64,000 nucleotides of DNA from contig NW_026988420.1 in assembly GCF_030222135.1 (NCBI RefSeq), positions 6,451,875 through 6,515,874 on the forward strand. Reading direction: 5' to 3'. Within the stretch, counting starts at the first letter, position 1. Every line of letters begins with the position of its first letter. Below, piece after piece: positions 13,700 to 29,510 of this stretch. The stretch is from Aotus nancymaae. Its lineage: Eukaryota. The notes under the pieces were generated by a model. That model was not told the DNA's origin. It saw only the letters and a list, made by a program, of their open reading frames with translations, and did no database searches. The translations under genes and the position numbers were made by a program.

Positions 13700-14145
13700 C
13701 AGCAAGTTTCCAAGATGCCGCCCAAAGGAAAAAGTGGTTCTGGAAAAGTGGGAAATGGGGAGCAGCCTCTGGGAGTGACAGGGATGACAAGAAGGCTCCC
13801 AAAGGTGGTGGGAATGCAGGAAAGGTCAGACACGTTCTATGTGAAAAACATGGGAAAACCATGGAAGCCATGGAAAAGTCAAAGTCTGGAATGAGATTCA
13901 ATGAAGTGGCCACACAATATAGTGAAAATAAAGCCAGGCAAGGGGGCGACTTGGGTTGGATGACCAGAGGGTCCGTGGTAGGACCATTTCAAGAAGCAGC
14001 ATTTGCCTTGTCTGTAAGCGGGATGGATAAGCCTGTGTTTACAGACCCACCAGTTAAAACAAAATGTGGATATCATGTTATTATGGTTGAAGGAAGAAAA
14101 TAAAATCATATGAAAGACTGAAAAAAAGAAAAGAAAAGAAAATAG
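13700..14145 (+). pseudogene. PIN4: PIN4 (parvulin-14/17, peptidyl-prolyl isomerase NIMA-interacting 4) processed pseudogene inserted in L1. CDS-like region 13714-14103.
   Basis: Intronless. ATG at 13714 gives [11 protein letters not shown]...; after a 1-bp deletion (the frame shifts from 2 to 1) and a 6-bp in-frame deletion, the translation continues [80 protein letters not shown] to the stop at 14101-14103. This is about 91% identical to the human PIN4 protein as I remember it. A short 3'UTR is followed by an A-rich tail (aaaaaaagaaaagaaaagaaaa). Both flanks are L1 ORF2. Confidence 0.85.
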
Positions 14146-14246
14146 GCAAAGGACTTGAATAGATATTTCTCCAAAGGAGATGTGCAAATGGCAAGGAAGC
14201 ATGTGAAAGGATACCCAACATCATTAGCCATTGGGAAAATGCAAAT

Positions 14247-14873
<627 letters not shown>

Positions 14874-15441
14874 CTACTTCAAATGCTTTAGGATGGCCAT
14901 TATCCACCCCCAAAATGGAAAATATGTGTTGGTAAAGATGTGGAGAAGTTGGAACCCTCATATATTGCTGGTGGGAATGTAAAATAACAGACAGTCATTG
15001 AAAAGTTTGGTAGTTCCTCAAAAATCTAAACATAGAATTACCATATGATCCTGGAATTCCATTCTCAGGGACTCAGACAATACTTGTATGCCAATATTCA
15101 TTGCATCATTATTCATTTAGCCAGGACGTGGAAACACCCAGGTGTCTGTCAACAGATGAACGGAGAAACAAAATATGGTATATATATCAACAGAATATTA
15201 GCCAACCGTAAAAAGGGATGGGGTTCCGGTACATGACACAACATGGATGAACCTTGAAAACATGCTACATGAAGTAAGCCAGACACAAAATTGTATGATT
15301 CCAGTTATGTAAGAACCTAGAATAGGCAAATTCAAAGAAACAGAAAGTAGATTAGATGTTACAAGGAGCTGGAGGGTGGAAGTCGGGGACAATGTGGAGT
15401 TACTGTTTAATGGTTCCAGAGTTTTGGTTTGGGGTTATGAA

Positions 15442-15582
15442 AATTTTGGGGCCGGGTGCAGTAGCTCATGCCTGTAATCCCAGTGCTTTGGGAGGCCAAG
15501 GCAGGCATATCACGAGGTCAGGAGGTCGAGACCAGCTTGGCCGATATGGTGAAACCCTGTTTCTACTAAAAATACAAAAATG
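15442..15582 (+). mobile_element. Alu left-monomer fragment (FLAM-like)
   Basis: ggccgggtgcagtagctcatgcctgtaatcccagtgctttgggaggccaaggcaggcatatcacgaggtcaggaggtcgagaccagcttggccgatatggtgaaaccctgtttctactaaaaatacaaaaatg. Confidence 0.7.
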
Positions 15583-15583
15583 A

Positions 15584-15955
<372 letters not shown>

Positions 15956-15975
15956 TTAAAAATTGTTAAAATGAG

Positions 15976-16583
<608 letters not shown>

Positions 16584-16589
16584 CTAGAG

Positions 16590-16760
16590 GAAGCCATGCT
16601 TGGTGGCATGGACCTATAGTCCTAGCTACTGAGGAGGCTGATGTGGACAATCCCTTGAGCCCAGGAGTTCAAGGCTGCAGTGTGTTTTGACAGTACTTGT
16701 GAATAGCCACTGCATCCTAGTCAGGGCAATATAACAAGAGCCAATCTCTTAAAAAATGAT
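16590..16760 (+). mobile_element. Old Alu right-arm-like fragment (AluJ/FRAM-like)
   Basis: gccatgcttggtggcatggacctatagtcctagctactgaggaggctgatgtggacaatcccttgagcccaggagttcaaggctgcagtg... Confidence 0.5.
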
Positions 16761-16775
16761 AATAAAGAAATAAAA

Positions 16776-16867
16776 GACCAGACACGGTGGCTCATGCCTC
16801 TAATCCCAGCACTTTGGGAGGCTGAGGCAGGCAGATTATTTGAGGCCAGGAGTTTGAGACCAGCCTA
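16776..16867 (+). mobile_element. Alu left-arm fragment
   Basis: accagacacggtggctcatgcctctaatcccagcactttgggaggctgaggcaggcagattatttgaggccaggagtttgagaccagcct. Confidence 0.7.
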
Positions 16868-17062
16868 TTAAATTGATGGTAAACACCAAACCACAGATCC
16901 AGGAAGCTCAGAGAACACCAAACAGAATAAATAACCATACAAATCTATACTCAGATGTATTATATTCAAACTGCAGAAAATCAAAATCAATGGGGAAATC
17001 TTGAAAAAAGATAGAGGGGAGAGAAATAACCCCTAAGGGAGCAAGCTTAAGAATAAATTACA

Positions 17063-17140
17063 ATGAACAGTTGCAGTGGACTGAGATCAAGCCACTGTGC
17101 TCCAGCCTGGACGACAGAGCACGACTTTGTCAAGAAAGAA
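17063..17140 (+). mobile_element. Alu 3' fragment
   Basis: gcagtggactgagatcaagccactgtgctccagcctggacgacagagcacgactttgtc. Confidence 0.6.
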
Positions 17141-17215
17141 AGAGAGAAAGAGAGAATGAGAGAAAGAGAAAGGAAGGAAGGAGGGAGGGAGGGAGGGAGG
17201 GAGGGGAAAATACTC
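17140..17215. repeat. Simple repeat (GAAA)n/(GGGA)n
   Basis: aagaaagaaagagagaaagagagaatgagagaaagagaaaggaaggaaggagggagggagggagggagggagggg. Confidence 0.8.
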
Positions 17216-17263
17216 TGTTATTAAGTGCCTGTGAAGTGGTATATTGTTATTTGAAAGAGTACA

Positions 17264-17575
17264 GCCAGGCGCGGTGGCTCACGCCTGTAATTTCAGCACT
17301 TCGGGAGGCCAAGGCAGGTGGATCACCTTAGGTCAGGAGTTCAAGACCAGCCTGGGCAGCATAGTGAGACCCTGTCTCTACTAAAAATAACAAAAATTAG
17401 CCAGGTGTAGTAGTGGGTGCCTGTAATCCCAGCTACTCAGGAGGCTGAGACAGGAGAATCACTTGAACCCGGGAGGCAGAGGTTGCAGTGAGCCGAGATC
17501 GCCACTGCACTCTAGCCTGGGCAACAGCGTCAAAAGAAAAAAAGGAAGAAACAAAGAAAGAAGACATAGATCTTG
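17264..17575 (+). mobile_element. Alu (full length)
   Basis: Starts gccaggcgcggtggctcacgcctgtaatttcagcacttcgggaggccaagg and ends gcctgggcaacagcgtcaaaagaaaaaaagg. Confidence 0.9.
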
Positions 17576-17576
17576 T

Positions 17577-17760
17577 CTCTATCAAAAATTAAAAATAAAA
17601 TAAATTAGCCAGACATGGTGATGCATACCCAAAGCCCTAGTTATTGAGGAGGCTGAGGCAGGAGGATCGCTTGAGCCTAGGAGTTTGAGGCTGCAGTGAG
17701 CTGTGATTGCACTCCTGTACTGCAGCCTGGGTACAAAGACCCTGCCCCTACAAAAAAGAA
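17577..17760 (+). mobile_element. Alu right-arm fragment flanked by a ~15-bp direct repeat (aagaaagaagacatag)
   Basis: attagccagacatggtgatgcatacccaaagccctagttattgaggaggctgaggcaggaggatcgcttgagcctaggagtttgaggctgcagtgagctgtgattgcactcctgtactgcagcctggg, with the repeat at about 17557-17576 and 17762-17778. Confidence 0.7.
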
Positions 17761-17803
17761 AGAAAGAAAGAAGACATAGGTTAGTTATGAATGTATATTG
17801 CAA

Positions 17804-18098
<295 letters not shown>

Positions 18099-18684
18099 GC
18101 AAACTTGAGGGTAACCACCAAAAAAGTAAATAATCTATTTATTTTCAAAGGCTCCCATAACAATAAAATACAAACCTTCACCAAGGTCTCAAGGTTCTTC
18201 CTGCCTCTGCCCCTGACTCTCCCAACCTCACTTTCTCTCCTTCCGCTTCTTGCTCAACTGCTGTGACCACCTTGTTTTTCCTGGAACCCCTCAAGCTCTC
18301 TCCTGCCTCAAAATCTTTCCCTTGCTGTTCACCTAGCATGTAATCTTTCAACTCTGGGTCTTCTTTTTTTCCTTTTATGTATGTATGTATTTATTTTTTA
18401 TTGTACTTTAGGTTCTGGGGTACATGTGCAGATCATGCGGGATTGTTGCATAGGTACATACATGGCAATGTGGTTTGCTGTCTCCATCCCCCGAACTCTG
18501 GGTCTTTCACAGGACTCACCCCCCTGCATCATTCAGGTCTCTGCTCAGTTATCCTTATGAAAAAGACCATCATGAACCAATCCCCCTTGCTCTCCACCCT
18601 CTTTCCCTGTGTTGTTTTCTTACTAGAACTTGATCATCACCTAAAAGTGTGTGTATATACATATATATGTATATCTGTTTATAT

Positions 18685-18960
18685 CTATTTATCCTATTAG
18701 AATGTAAGTTCCATAAGAGAGGGGATTTTTTTAGAGACAGGGACTCACTTTTTAGAGACAGGGACTTTTAGAGACAGGGACTCACTATGTTGCCCAGGCT
18801 AGCCCAGAACTGCTGGACTCAAGCGATCCTGAGTAGCTGGAACTACAGCAGGAATTTTTCTTTATTCACCATTGTGTTCCTGAAACTTGAAACAACACCT
18901 GTCGGACGGTAGACGTCCAATAAATGTTTTTGAATCCTGGAACGAATAAATAAATCAGAA
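18685..18960 (+). mobile_element. MIR SINE remnant interrupted by a short minus-strand Alu fragment at about 18722-18850
   Basis: cctattagaatgtaagttccataagagaggggattttt ... ccaataaatgtttttgaatcctggaacgaataaataaa resembles the MIR 3' region. The Alu right-arm reverse complement is in between (gacagggactcactatgttgcccaggctagcccagaactgctggactcaagcgatcctgagtagctggaactacagcagg). Confidence 0.45.
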
Positions 18961-19929
18961 AGAGCATTGGGTCAGTCACGCAAGCACAGAAAAGAGGCCA
19001 CAGAAACGAGCAATGCAGTTGCCATCCAAGAGCTGTCCACGCAAAGGCAGCCCCAGCAAGGACGCATTCTCCTTTCACGACAGACCTGTTCCTATTTAAA
19101 GATGAGCACAGCAGATTAGCAGAGCCTGTCGCTGTTAATCACATTATTATGTTAGTACACCTCGTTCTGATTTTATGGTCTCCGAGCAAGCCTCTGATAA
19201 TCTGGTTTCCATATCATCTGCTTACAGGGAAGGAACACTCTTTGGTACTCCAGCCTCTCCTGGCCAAGCTGGAACCTTGATACAGGTTTCTCCATAGGTA
19301 ATCATTAGGACGCTTAGACAGAAACAACAGAAAGCCATCTCTAAATGGGTTAGGGAAAAGCGGAGTTGATTGGAAGGGTCTGCAGGAGTGTCACAGGGTC
19401 AAACCTGGGGAGGTCGGGGAGCGGCTGGGATGTAGGAAAACTCCAGCTGAGGAATTGAAGCCCCCAGAACTCTCTTGCCAGGCTTTTCACTGCTTCTGTC
19501 TGGGAAGCAATTTCATTCTCTTTCACTGCATGTACACCAGGGAAATTCTATGTACACCAGGGAAATTCTAATTCTGCTCTCCCTACAAGTCAAAAATCCC
19601 TGGGAAAGGGGCTGATTGGCTGCCCTGTCTGAACCAGGTTCTATTCCAGACAAATCCACTGCAGCCAGGAAGACAGGGTCTATACCAGCACGGCAGCTGC
19701 CATGCCCCCACACTCTTCGAGGGCATCAGGGAGGAACACTTTCTAAAAGATGGTGATGACTACTCCCAGAAGGCGTCAAGGGTGCTGGGCAGACACAGTG
19801 GATTATTACTCTAAGCGGTGCAGTTCTATAGGCTAAGACCAGTTCAGGAGTCTCCAGGGGACTGCAGGGCAAGTTACACTCAACACTAGAGGATCAGGGT
19901 GAAAGTTACAAATAAGTTTCAGGAGAACT

Positions 19930-20240
19930 TTCTTTTTTTCTTTCTTTTTTTTTTTTTTAGACAGAGTCTTGCCCAGGCTGGAGTGCAGTGGTGTGATCTC
20001 AGCTCACTGCAACCTTTGTGCCTCCCAGGTTCAAGCGATTCTCCTGCCTCAGCCTCCCAAGTAGCTGGGACGACAGGCATGCGCCACCACACCCAGCTAA
20101 GTTTTGTATTTTTAGTAGAGAGGGGGTTTCGCCATGTTGGACAAGCTGGTCTCAAATGCTGGGCCTCAAGTGACCCGCCCACCTTGGCCTCCCAAAGTGC
20201 TGGGTGGGATTACAGACATGATGAGCCACCGTGGCCGGCC
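19930..20240 (-). mobile_element. Alu (minus orientation) with TSD caggagaactttc
   Basis: (T)n, then agacagagtcttgcccaggctggagtgcagtggtgtgatctcagctcactgcaac ... gggattacagacatgatgagccaccgtggccggcc. The identical 13-bp flanks lie at 19913-19925 and 20241-20253. Confidence 0.9.
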
Positions 20241-20287
20241 AGGAGAACTTTCAACTTGGCTGCCTGGCTCGAAGAAATCAACATACC

Positions 20288-20670
<383 letters not shown>

Positions 20671-21579
20671 TCAATTCATATTTTGCTTTTTCTCTGCCTG
20701 GGGCATGTTTTAATTTTATTGTGGGCCAAGAGGTAGGCAGCAGGGATCTGAGTAAGCAGAGAGGAGTCGTCTAGACCCTCTAGACGGGTCCCGGGTTTTT
20801 ATTTTGAGTCCTGGGTTTTTGTTTTCTGATCCCATAAGTGATATTCCTGCCACCCCTCACCTCTGCCCCAGTGATGTAGAAGCAAAGGAACAAGAAGAAA
20901 GGAGAAAAAGCAGTGCCCACGTTGCCAGGCTCGTGCCTTGACAGTTCTCTAGATTCCAGCCTCTCTGCCAACATCGTGCCAAAGAAGACCCAATGTCAAG
21001 GGCACATGCTGAACAGCTGAGCTCAGCTCCAGCCCGTTAGAAGGAGAAGCTTCCATGCTCAGAGGACTCCTGCCTCAGCACCCCTGACCCCTGTAGGTAT
21101 CCCCTGGGATTTGCTTAACTTCACATTTTCTCACCTCTGCCTCGGAAGTGACAGATGTTTAATTCTAAATTGTGGCAGTTAATGGACTTTCAAAGACTCT
21201 TTCCTGATATTTTTCTGGAGGAGTACAAGGCAGACTTCAGAGTCAGAGATCAATGCAGGTAAGTGCACAGATCCGTACGCAAAGGCGACAGAGGACAAGT
21301 GAGGCACTACGTTTTCTTTAATGGAAACTGTGTATCTTCAAAAGCTGGAGTCCAAACTGACTCTAATACCACCTCGATGCCATAGAATAAATGAGACAAA
21401 ATGATGAAATGCAGGGAGAAAACTCATGTTGAGAAAGATTAAAAGAATCCTGCAAATCACTTCCAGCATGACCGTTGATTTAAAGTGAAAGCATTTAATA
21501 TAAATGTTCCACAAGGTGGCAGCCTTGCGTTTCCAAAATTTTTTTATCTGCCTTGCACATGCCAAACATGGCTTTTTTC

Positions 21580-21695
21580 TCTTTTTTCTCTTCCTTCCTT
21601 CTTTCTTCCTTCCTTCCGTCTTTCTTTCTTTCTTCTTTCTTTCTCTCTTTCTTTCTTTCCTTCATCTTCCTTTCCTTTCTTCTCTTTTTTTTTTA
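21580..21695. repeat. Simple repeat (CTTT/CCTT)n
   Basis: cttccttccttctttcttccttccttccgtctttctttctttcttctttctttctctctttctttctttccttc. Confidence 0.85.
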
Positions 21696-21978
21696 AGATG
21701 AAGTCTCACTCTGTCGCCCCAGGCTGGAGTGCAGTGGTGCCATCTCAGCTCACTGCAACCTCCGCCTCCTGTTTCAAGCGATTCTCCTGCCTCAGCTTCC
21801 CAAGTAGTTGGGATTACAGGCACCCACCACCACATCCAGCTAATTTTTGTATTTTTAGTAGAGATAGGGTTTTGTCATGTTGGCCAAATTGGTCTCGAAC
21901 TCCTGACCTCAAGTGACTGACTCACCTCGGCTTCCCAAAGTGCTGGGATTACAGGCATAAGCCACCATGCCCAGCTTT
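21695..21978 (-). mobile_element. Alu (minus orientation)
   Basis: ttttttttaagatgaagtctcactctgtcgccccaggctggagtgcagtggtgccatctcagctcactgcaacc ... gggattacaggcataagccaccatgcccagc. Confidence 0.9.
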
Positions 21979-21989
21979 TTTGCCTTTTT

Positions 21990-22240
21990 TTTTTTTTTTT
22001 TTTACAGGGTCTTGCTTCACCCAGGCTGCAGTGAAGTAGAGTGTTCACAGCCTACTGAAACCTTGAACTCCTGGGCCTAAGTGATCCTTCCACCTCAGCC
22101 TCCCAAGTAGCTGGGACTATCAGGATGCACCACTACACTCAGCTAATTTTTAAAACTTTTTTTGTAGAGACGGGGTTCTTGCTATTTTGCCCAGGCCTCC
22201 CAGAGTGCTGGGATTATAGGGTAAGATGCTGCACCTGGCC
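21990..22240 (-). mobile_element. Alu (minus orientation, older AluJ-like, internally deleted)
   Basis: (T)18, then acagggtcttgcttcacccaggctgcagtgaagtagagtgttcacagcctactgaaaccttgaactcctgggcctaagtgatcc ... gattatagggtaagatgctgcacctggccc. Confidence 0.75.
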
Positions 22241-23559
22241 CACACATGATCTTTAACAGAAAAACTAACTGTATAACAAGATATATAGAAAATTACAGAA
22301 TATCTCAAAGATGATTTGCTTAATGAAGGAGAAGCATTGGGGGAGACTTTGGACTGACATGCCTCAGCTAAATATTGACCGACTCAGAGAAATAAGCACT
22401 TTACCACATTTACCGTTATCACGTGCTGTTTGTGTTTGCTTATGTTTGGCAAGAAAGGAAATGAATGTTCGGAATCTCTATGCAACATCTTGTTACCAAC
22501 CAGGTTATTTCCTCAGCTCATCAGTGTCAAATCTTTATTAAAACCTGCTCTATTCAAAGCACCCTGCTAGATGCTAGTCTTCTTTCTAGGACAGTTCTCT
22601 TGCCAAAAGGATGAAATGGGAGAAAATAGTTTACTTATAGTACTTATAACACCTGGACTTATATAATATTTAAACATTCAATTGTGGGTGAAAAAATATT
22701 AATAACTCCTTTATGCTTTGCAGAATGTCATATGAGCTCTTCCCCAAAACTTTATGATCCAAAAAGAATTCAAGGAATGTTCATTGTAGCATCATTTCAA
22801 ATAAAACTTGAGAAACAACATGAATATCTAGCACCATGAAAATGGATAAACTGTGGTACAATTGTACAGAGAAATTCTAGGCAGCTGTTAAATGGTGAAT
22901 GAGTAAATTAAGGTACTAAGGTTGCTGAGCTATTGGCTTTGTGATGATGGGGCAGGTCCCAGGTCCTGCAAAACCCGGTTCCCTTTGCTTACTGGCGGCG
23001 TGCTAGTCTCTGCCGATAGGGGGCAGTAGAGGGAGCCTGCAAGCCGGGAGGAGGGAGAGAGGCTCGCTCCTCTCTGTGTTAGTGTTATTTGTATCTGCAT
23101 TCAGCTTTCATTCTGGCAGCGGTCAGTACCAGTCTCCGATTTTTTTTTTTAATGTTTTGTTTTGTTTTTGTTTTGCACTCCCGGAACCAGCCACATTGTG
23201 TCCTCTCCCCGCTCCCGCCACCCACCCAGGCACTGACACCAGCTGCCAGGTGCCTCCTGGACAAGGCAGGCCTTTCCTTCCAGCTTCTGGATTCTAATCC
23301 CCCAGCCTCTTCTTCTCTTCGTCCCCTAGCCCGGGGCGTGGTAGCTGCTTCCGGCATTTACTTTCTTCTTTGCTTTTTCACTCCTCTTAACACCTGTTCA
23401 ACCAGCTCCTTCTATTAATTTTTTTCTGTTGAGCTCCCATTCCCCAGGCCTGAAAAAAAAATCTATTGAAATACTGAATGTGGACCCTGACTCATACAAT
23501 GACCATGTGCCAGGAACTACAGATATATAACACAGGAAAATAGGGAGGTAGAGGCATAG

Positions 23560-23695
23560 CAGACATGCATGTATACATATTAGAATATTTCTATATACAT
23601 ATGTATATAAAATGCACATCTATACACATATAAGTACATATGTATTTCTTACATGTACTATATTTAGACCTATATGTACATATATATATAATTTC
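23560..23695. repeat. TA/CA-rich low-complexity tract
   Basis: catgtatacatattagaatatttctatatacatatgtatataaaatgcacatctatacacatataagtacatatgtatttcttacatgtactatatttagacctatatgtacatatatatata. Confidence 0.7.
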
Positions 23696-23699
23696 CTGC

Positions 23700-23837
23700 T
23701 GGGTGCAGTGGCTCACGCCTGTAATCCCAGCACTTTGGGAGGCAGAGGCAGGTGTATCAACTGAGGTCAGGAGTTCGAGACCAGCCTGACCAATATGGTG
23801 AAACCCTGTCTCTACTAAAAAATACAAAAATTGGCCG

Positions 23838-23838
<1 letters not shown>
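23700..23838 (+). mobile_element. Alu left-monomer fragment
   Basis: tgctgggtgcagtggctcacgcctgtaatcccagcactttgggaggcagaggcaggtgtatcaactgaggtcaggagttcgagaccagcctgaccaatatggtgaaaccctgtctctactaaaaaatacaaaaatt. Confidence 0.7.
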
Positions 23839-24246
<408 letters not shown>

Positions 24247-25522
24247 CTACAATGCATAGCTAATAAGTGGTAATGCTGGGATTTGAATCCAAATATCCCT
24301 GACTCCACAATCTATACCTTTGCCATATGCCTTAAAGTTGTTTAGACTTCAATTCAATTTATCCTTAACTGTGTTCTGCAATATAACTCAGTCCTTAGGC
24401 TAATCAACAACTCTCTTCTTACCTAATAGTGTAAGTAAATATAACTATTCTAATAATTACTAGAGAATATAATCACCGTAATGCAAGACTGCTTCTGTGA
24501 TTGAAGTTAAGGGAAGGTTGAGAAAACTGTAGGAAAAGCATGGACATTTCTAACTCCAAGTTACTTGTCATTCATTCATTCAATTAATATGATATAGTGC
24601 TTACTATGTGACTGAAGATGTGCGGGACTCACAATGACAAACAAAATAGAATTAGTCTTTCCTTTAAAAACCTTCCAGTCTAAGGAAAGTGACAGTTTTT
24701 AATTAAATAATCATACATAGGAGAAATACCTAACTATATAACACAGGGACTTAATATAGACTGGATACTTCACTACAAAGCCTGTTCCAAATGCAGACCC
24801 CCATCTCTCCCCCCGCCACACACACACACTCTAGAGCCTGGCATCTGCCCCTCTCAATGCCTAGGATGGCATGCCCACTCTGATTTTGTTTACAAGGAAC
24901 TCGTCAGTTCTCAGTCCAAAGTGATCTTAGAGAGATATCACAGCAATAGAGAAATAGAGTTAGTGCAGCTACATAATGTTTTCTAAAAACCTGCTCTTCT
25001 GGTCATTTTACAACTTGCCTCCTATGTGACTTGTGACATTAATCAGTGTTTTCGGTGGCAGCCTGTTAGACCAGACTTTTCCTGTAGCCTAAATACAACC
25101 AGCAACATATACCTGGACTGATCAGTGAACAATGGGCAGGAAGGTTTATAAGGACAAAGTTCCAGAAACGCAGAAACAGAAAATCTAACCAAACCAGAAA
25201 CTCACATAGTAATCAGGGCTGAGAATCTGTTTATCCCCCAACCAGGACAGCTAAATCTCTAAACTCCCTTTTAGCTGCATTTCAGTAGTCAGGAAACAGA
25301 TCGTTAGACAACCCTGCAGCAAAGAAAAAGAAAAAGACCTCGTGGAGTCAAAGTCCACCGATGGAAATGAAAAATTAGTGGGAGAAACTCACAGAGAAGC
25401 AGGCTTTCTGCCTAGCCTCAAAGTGCCTCCTCCCTAAGTACTTATTAATTACTATAATGATTGAACAAATTATTTGATATTCCTCCCTTAGGAAGTGGAA
25501 TCTCTTTTGTTTTGGTTTTTCT

Positions 25523-25800
25523 CAATGGAGTCTCACTCTGTTGCCCAGTCTGGAATGCAGTGGCGGGATCTCACTGCAACCTCCGCTTCTTGGGTTCAAG
25601 CAATTCTTGTGCCTCAGCCTCCTGAGTAGCTGGGATTACAGGAGCATGCCACCACGCCAGCTAATTTTTGTATTTTTAGTAGAGACAGGGTTTCACCATG
25701 TTGGCCAGGCTGGTCTCAAACTTCCAACCTCCGGTAATCTGCCCATCTCAGCCTCCCAAAGTGCTGGGATTACAGGTGTGAGCCACAGCACCCAGCTAGG
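25523..25800 (-). mobile_element. Alu (minus orientation)
   Basis: ctcaatggagtctcactctgttgcccagtctggaatgcagtggcgggatctcactgcaacctccgc ... gggattacaggtgtgagccacagcacccagc. Confidence 0.9.
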
Positions 25801-25806
25801 AAATTG

Positions 25807-26308
<502 letters not shown>

Positions 26309-26499
26309 TCAAAAATCTATAGCTCATCTGTTCAGACTTAATTTTTTAAAATCCATAATCCCATCCTAGTCATGAGAAAACATCAGCCAAACCCAAATTA
26401 AGGGACATTCTACAAAATGCCTGACCAGTATTTTCTTGTTCTTTTTTTCAGGAGACTGTCTAGTCCACAAGGACTAGACAACTTGAAACTCCTATGCAA

Positions 26500-27850
<1,351 letters not shown>

Positions 27851-28712
27851 AATGACTCCATCGGTTAGGGAGAAAATAAGGGAAGAGAACAAGAGTCTCC
27901 TCTGCCTGATGATCCAGAATTCTCCTGATCATCAGGCAGAGACTGGTGATCCAGTCAAGACCACCAAGGTAATAAGTCTACAAGTCTGTAAGAACCACAG
28001 TGTTACTGGGCTTAGGGTGCCTCCTAATGCAGACACAGTTGCAGTGACCAAAAACTTAGATCACAACACTTAAGTCCCTTCACACAGAAAAGTGTTGGGG
28101 TCTGTGAGAACAGCATGTCTGCTGGGGTCTCTTGACCTGCAAGAGGGTCCCAATACCTGGAAAAGAGAGTGTGCGGAAGAAAAGAATGACAGATGGCTGG
28201 GGTCTGGAGGACTGACAAGGCAATGTCCCAGTCAGCAGTTTATTTCGTGTACAGGGTCTCATTATATACTTTTCAGCCCGCAATGGCTGATGTCAAATCA
28301 TTACAACAAAGGGGAACAGAACATTGCAAGCCTGGGGATGAAGATAAAACTAGTACATAAAGATTGATCCAAAAAATCATAAAACAAACACATGACCTTT
28401 TCTACTTATAGGAATAAGATAACATTTTACAACATTTTACAACTGTCAAAGCAAGCAATAAATTTGAGGACAACAATTTCAAATGGCATGCGAATAATCA
28501 CAAGCTTCAGTGAATACTTGGTAAACAAAGTGATAAAACTAGCCCAGTACAAAAACTTCAAGAAACACAATGTCTAATAAAACCACACAGCCTTCACACA
28601 GCCATAATATTAGGTCAGTGAACCAGAAATAGACTTTTGTAATATCAAACTCCTTTCAGCTCCTTCTTTCCCTCAGCTCGACTGCTTCCAGGGGGGCGAA
28701 ACATGTCTGGGC

Positions 28713-29510
28713 TCAAACTCCATTATGGCGGAGACACTTAGGGGTCTCAACACTGGAGTGATCCCCACATTTCCCCCGTTTTGTTTTTAAATGGAGCTCA
28801 AACATTTTAAGCTGCAAACACTGGAGGGAGGAGAACACAAGGCGAAAGAGAAACGGCAGGAGAATGATAAGCAGAAGAACACAACCAGCCACGGCCAGAA
28901 TGGTGGAAAAGGATGGCAGGTGAAAACCGCGGGTCCAGGAGAACAAAGTGTTAACAATATCATGGGCGACAGTATCATCCCGCGGAAGGTCCTGGCGTGA
29001 AAAATCAATAGCATGAATTTGTTGTTGAAGTTGAAGAACATCAAGGGACAAGTTATTATGACTCCAAATACCTTGTAAATGGGCCTTGACCAGAGGCCTA
29101 CTCCATTCAGTGTCATTATAAGGTGTATTGGTTACACAAATATATTTAAAATCAACATGACCAAGTAGTAACAGGCGAGATTGCATGTTGTAAACTTTAT
29201 CCCCCAAAAGGGTAACAGTTTGTTCCAGAGCATTAAGTTTGGCTTCCAATTTCTTATCAATATCTATTTGAGTACCCATGGAGACAGAAATATTTTGAGC
29301 CAGATTGTTGACATAGGTAGCAGTTTGAACACTGTGAGCTAGACTAATTGTAGCTGTAGCAGCAGTAGCAACAGTAGAAACAATAGCCAAAATACTAGCA
29401 ATGAGCAAACCAATAAAACGTTTAGGACGGACCATAAGGTCCCGAATTTGATGGTGAATTTGCATGCTCTGTTCATCATACCAAGAACCTGTAAGGTTGA
29501 TGGGAAGCAT
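28713..29510 (-). CDS. ERV env TM-subunit ORF, uninterrupted for 265 codons from a Met (a relic; not claimed to be functional)
   Basis: The ORF reads MLPINLTGSW...RFIGLLIASILAIVSTVATAATATISLAHSVQ (a fusion-peptide-like hydrophobic stretch) ...CVTN...HLQG... then a membrane anchor ILAVAGCVLLLIILLPFLF. Its last ~19 codons run into the polypurine tract and the LTR start. Confidence 0.55.
   Translation of the reverse strand: MLPINLTGSWYDEQSMQIHHQIRDLMVRPKRFIGLLIASILAIVSTVATAATATISLAHSVQTATYVNNLAQNISVSMGTQIDIDKKLEAKLNALEQTVTLLGDKVYNMQSRLLLLGHVDFKYICVTNTPYNDTEWSRPLVKAHLQGIWSHNNLSLDVLQLQQQIHAIDFSRQDLPRDDTVAHDIVNTLFSWTRGFHLPSFSTILAVAGCVLLLIILLPFLFRLVFSSLQCLQLKMFELHLKTKRGKCGDHSSVETPKCLRHNGV

Noticed and set aside
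18390-18480. Short stretch resembling the reverse-complemented L1 3' terminus (ttaggttctggggtacatgtgcagatcatgcgggattgttgcataggtacatacatggcaatgtggtttgctg)
   Set aside because: Only about 90 bp match and the downstream sequence diverges immediately. It is probably a tiny L1 3' fragment, but it is too short to call confidently.
19530-19575. Direct 20-bp tandem duplication atgtacaccagggaaattct x2
   Set aside because: It is real, but it is a trivial two-copy microduplication with no further structure.
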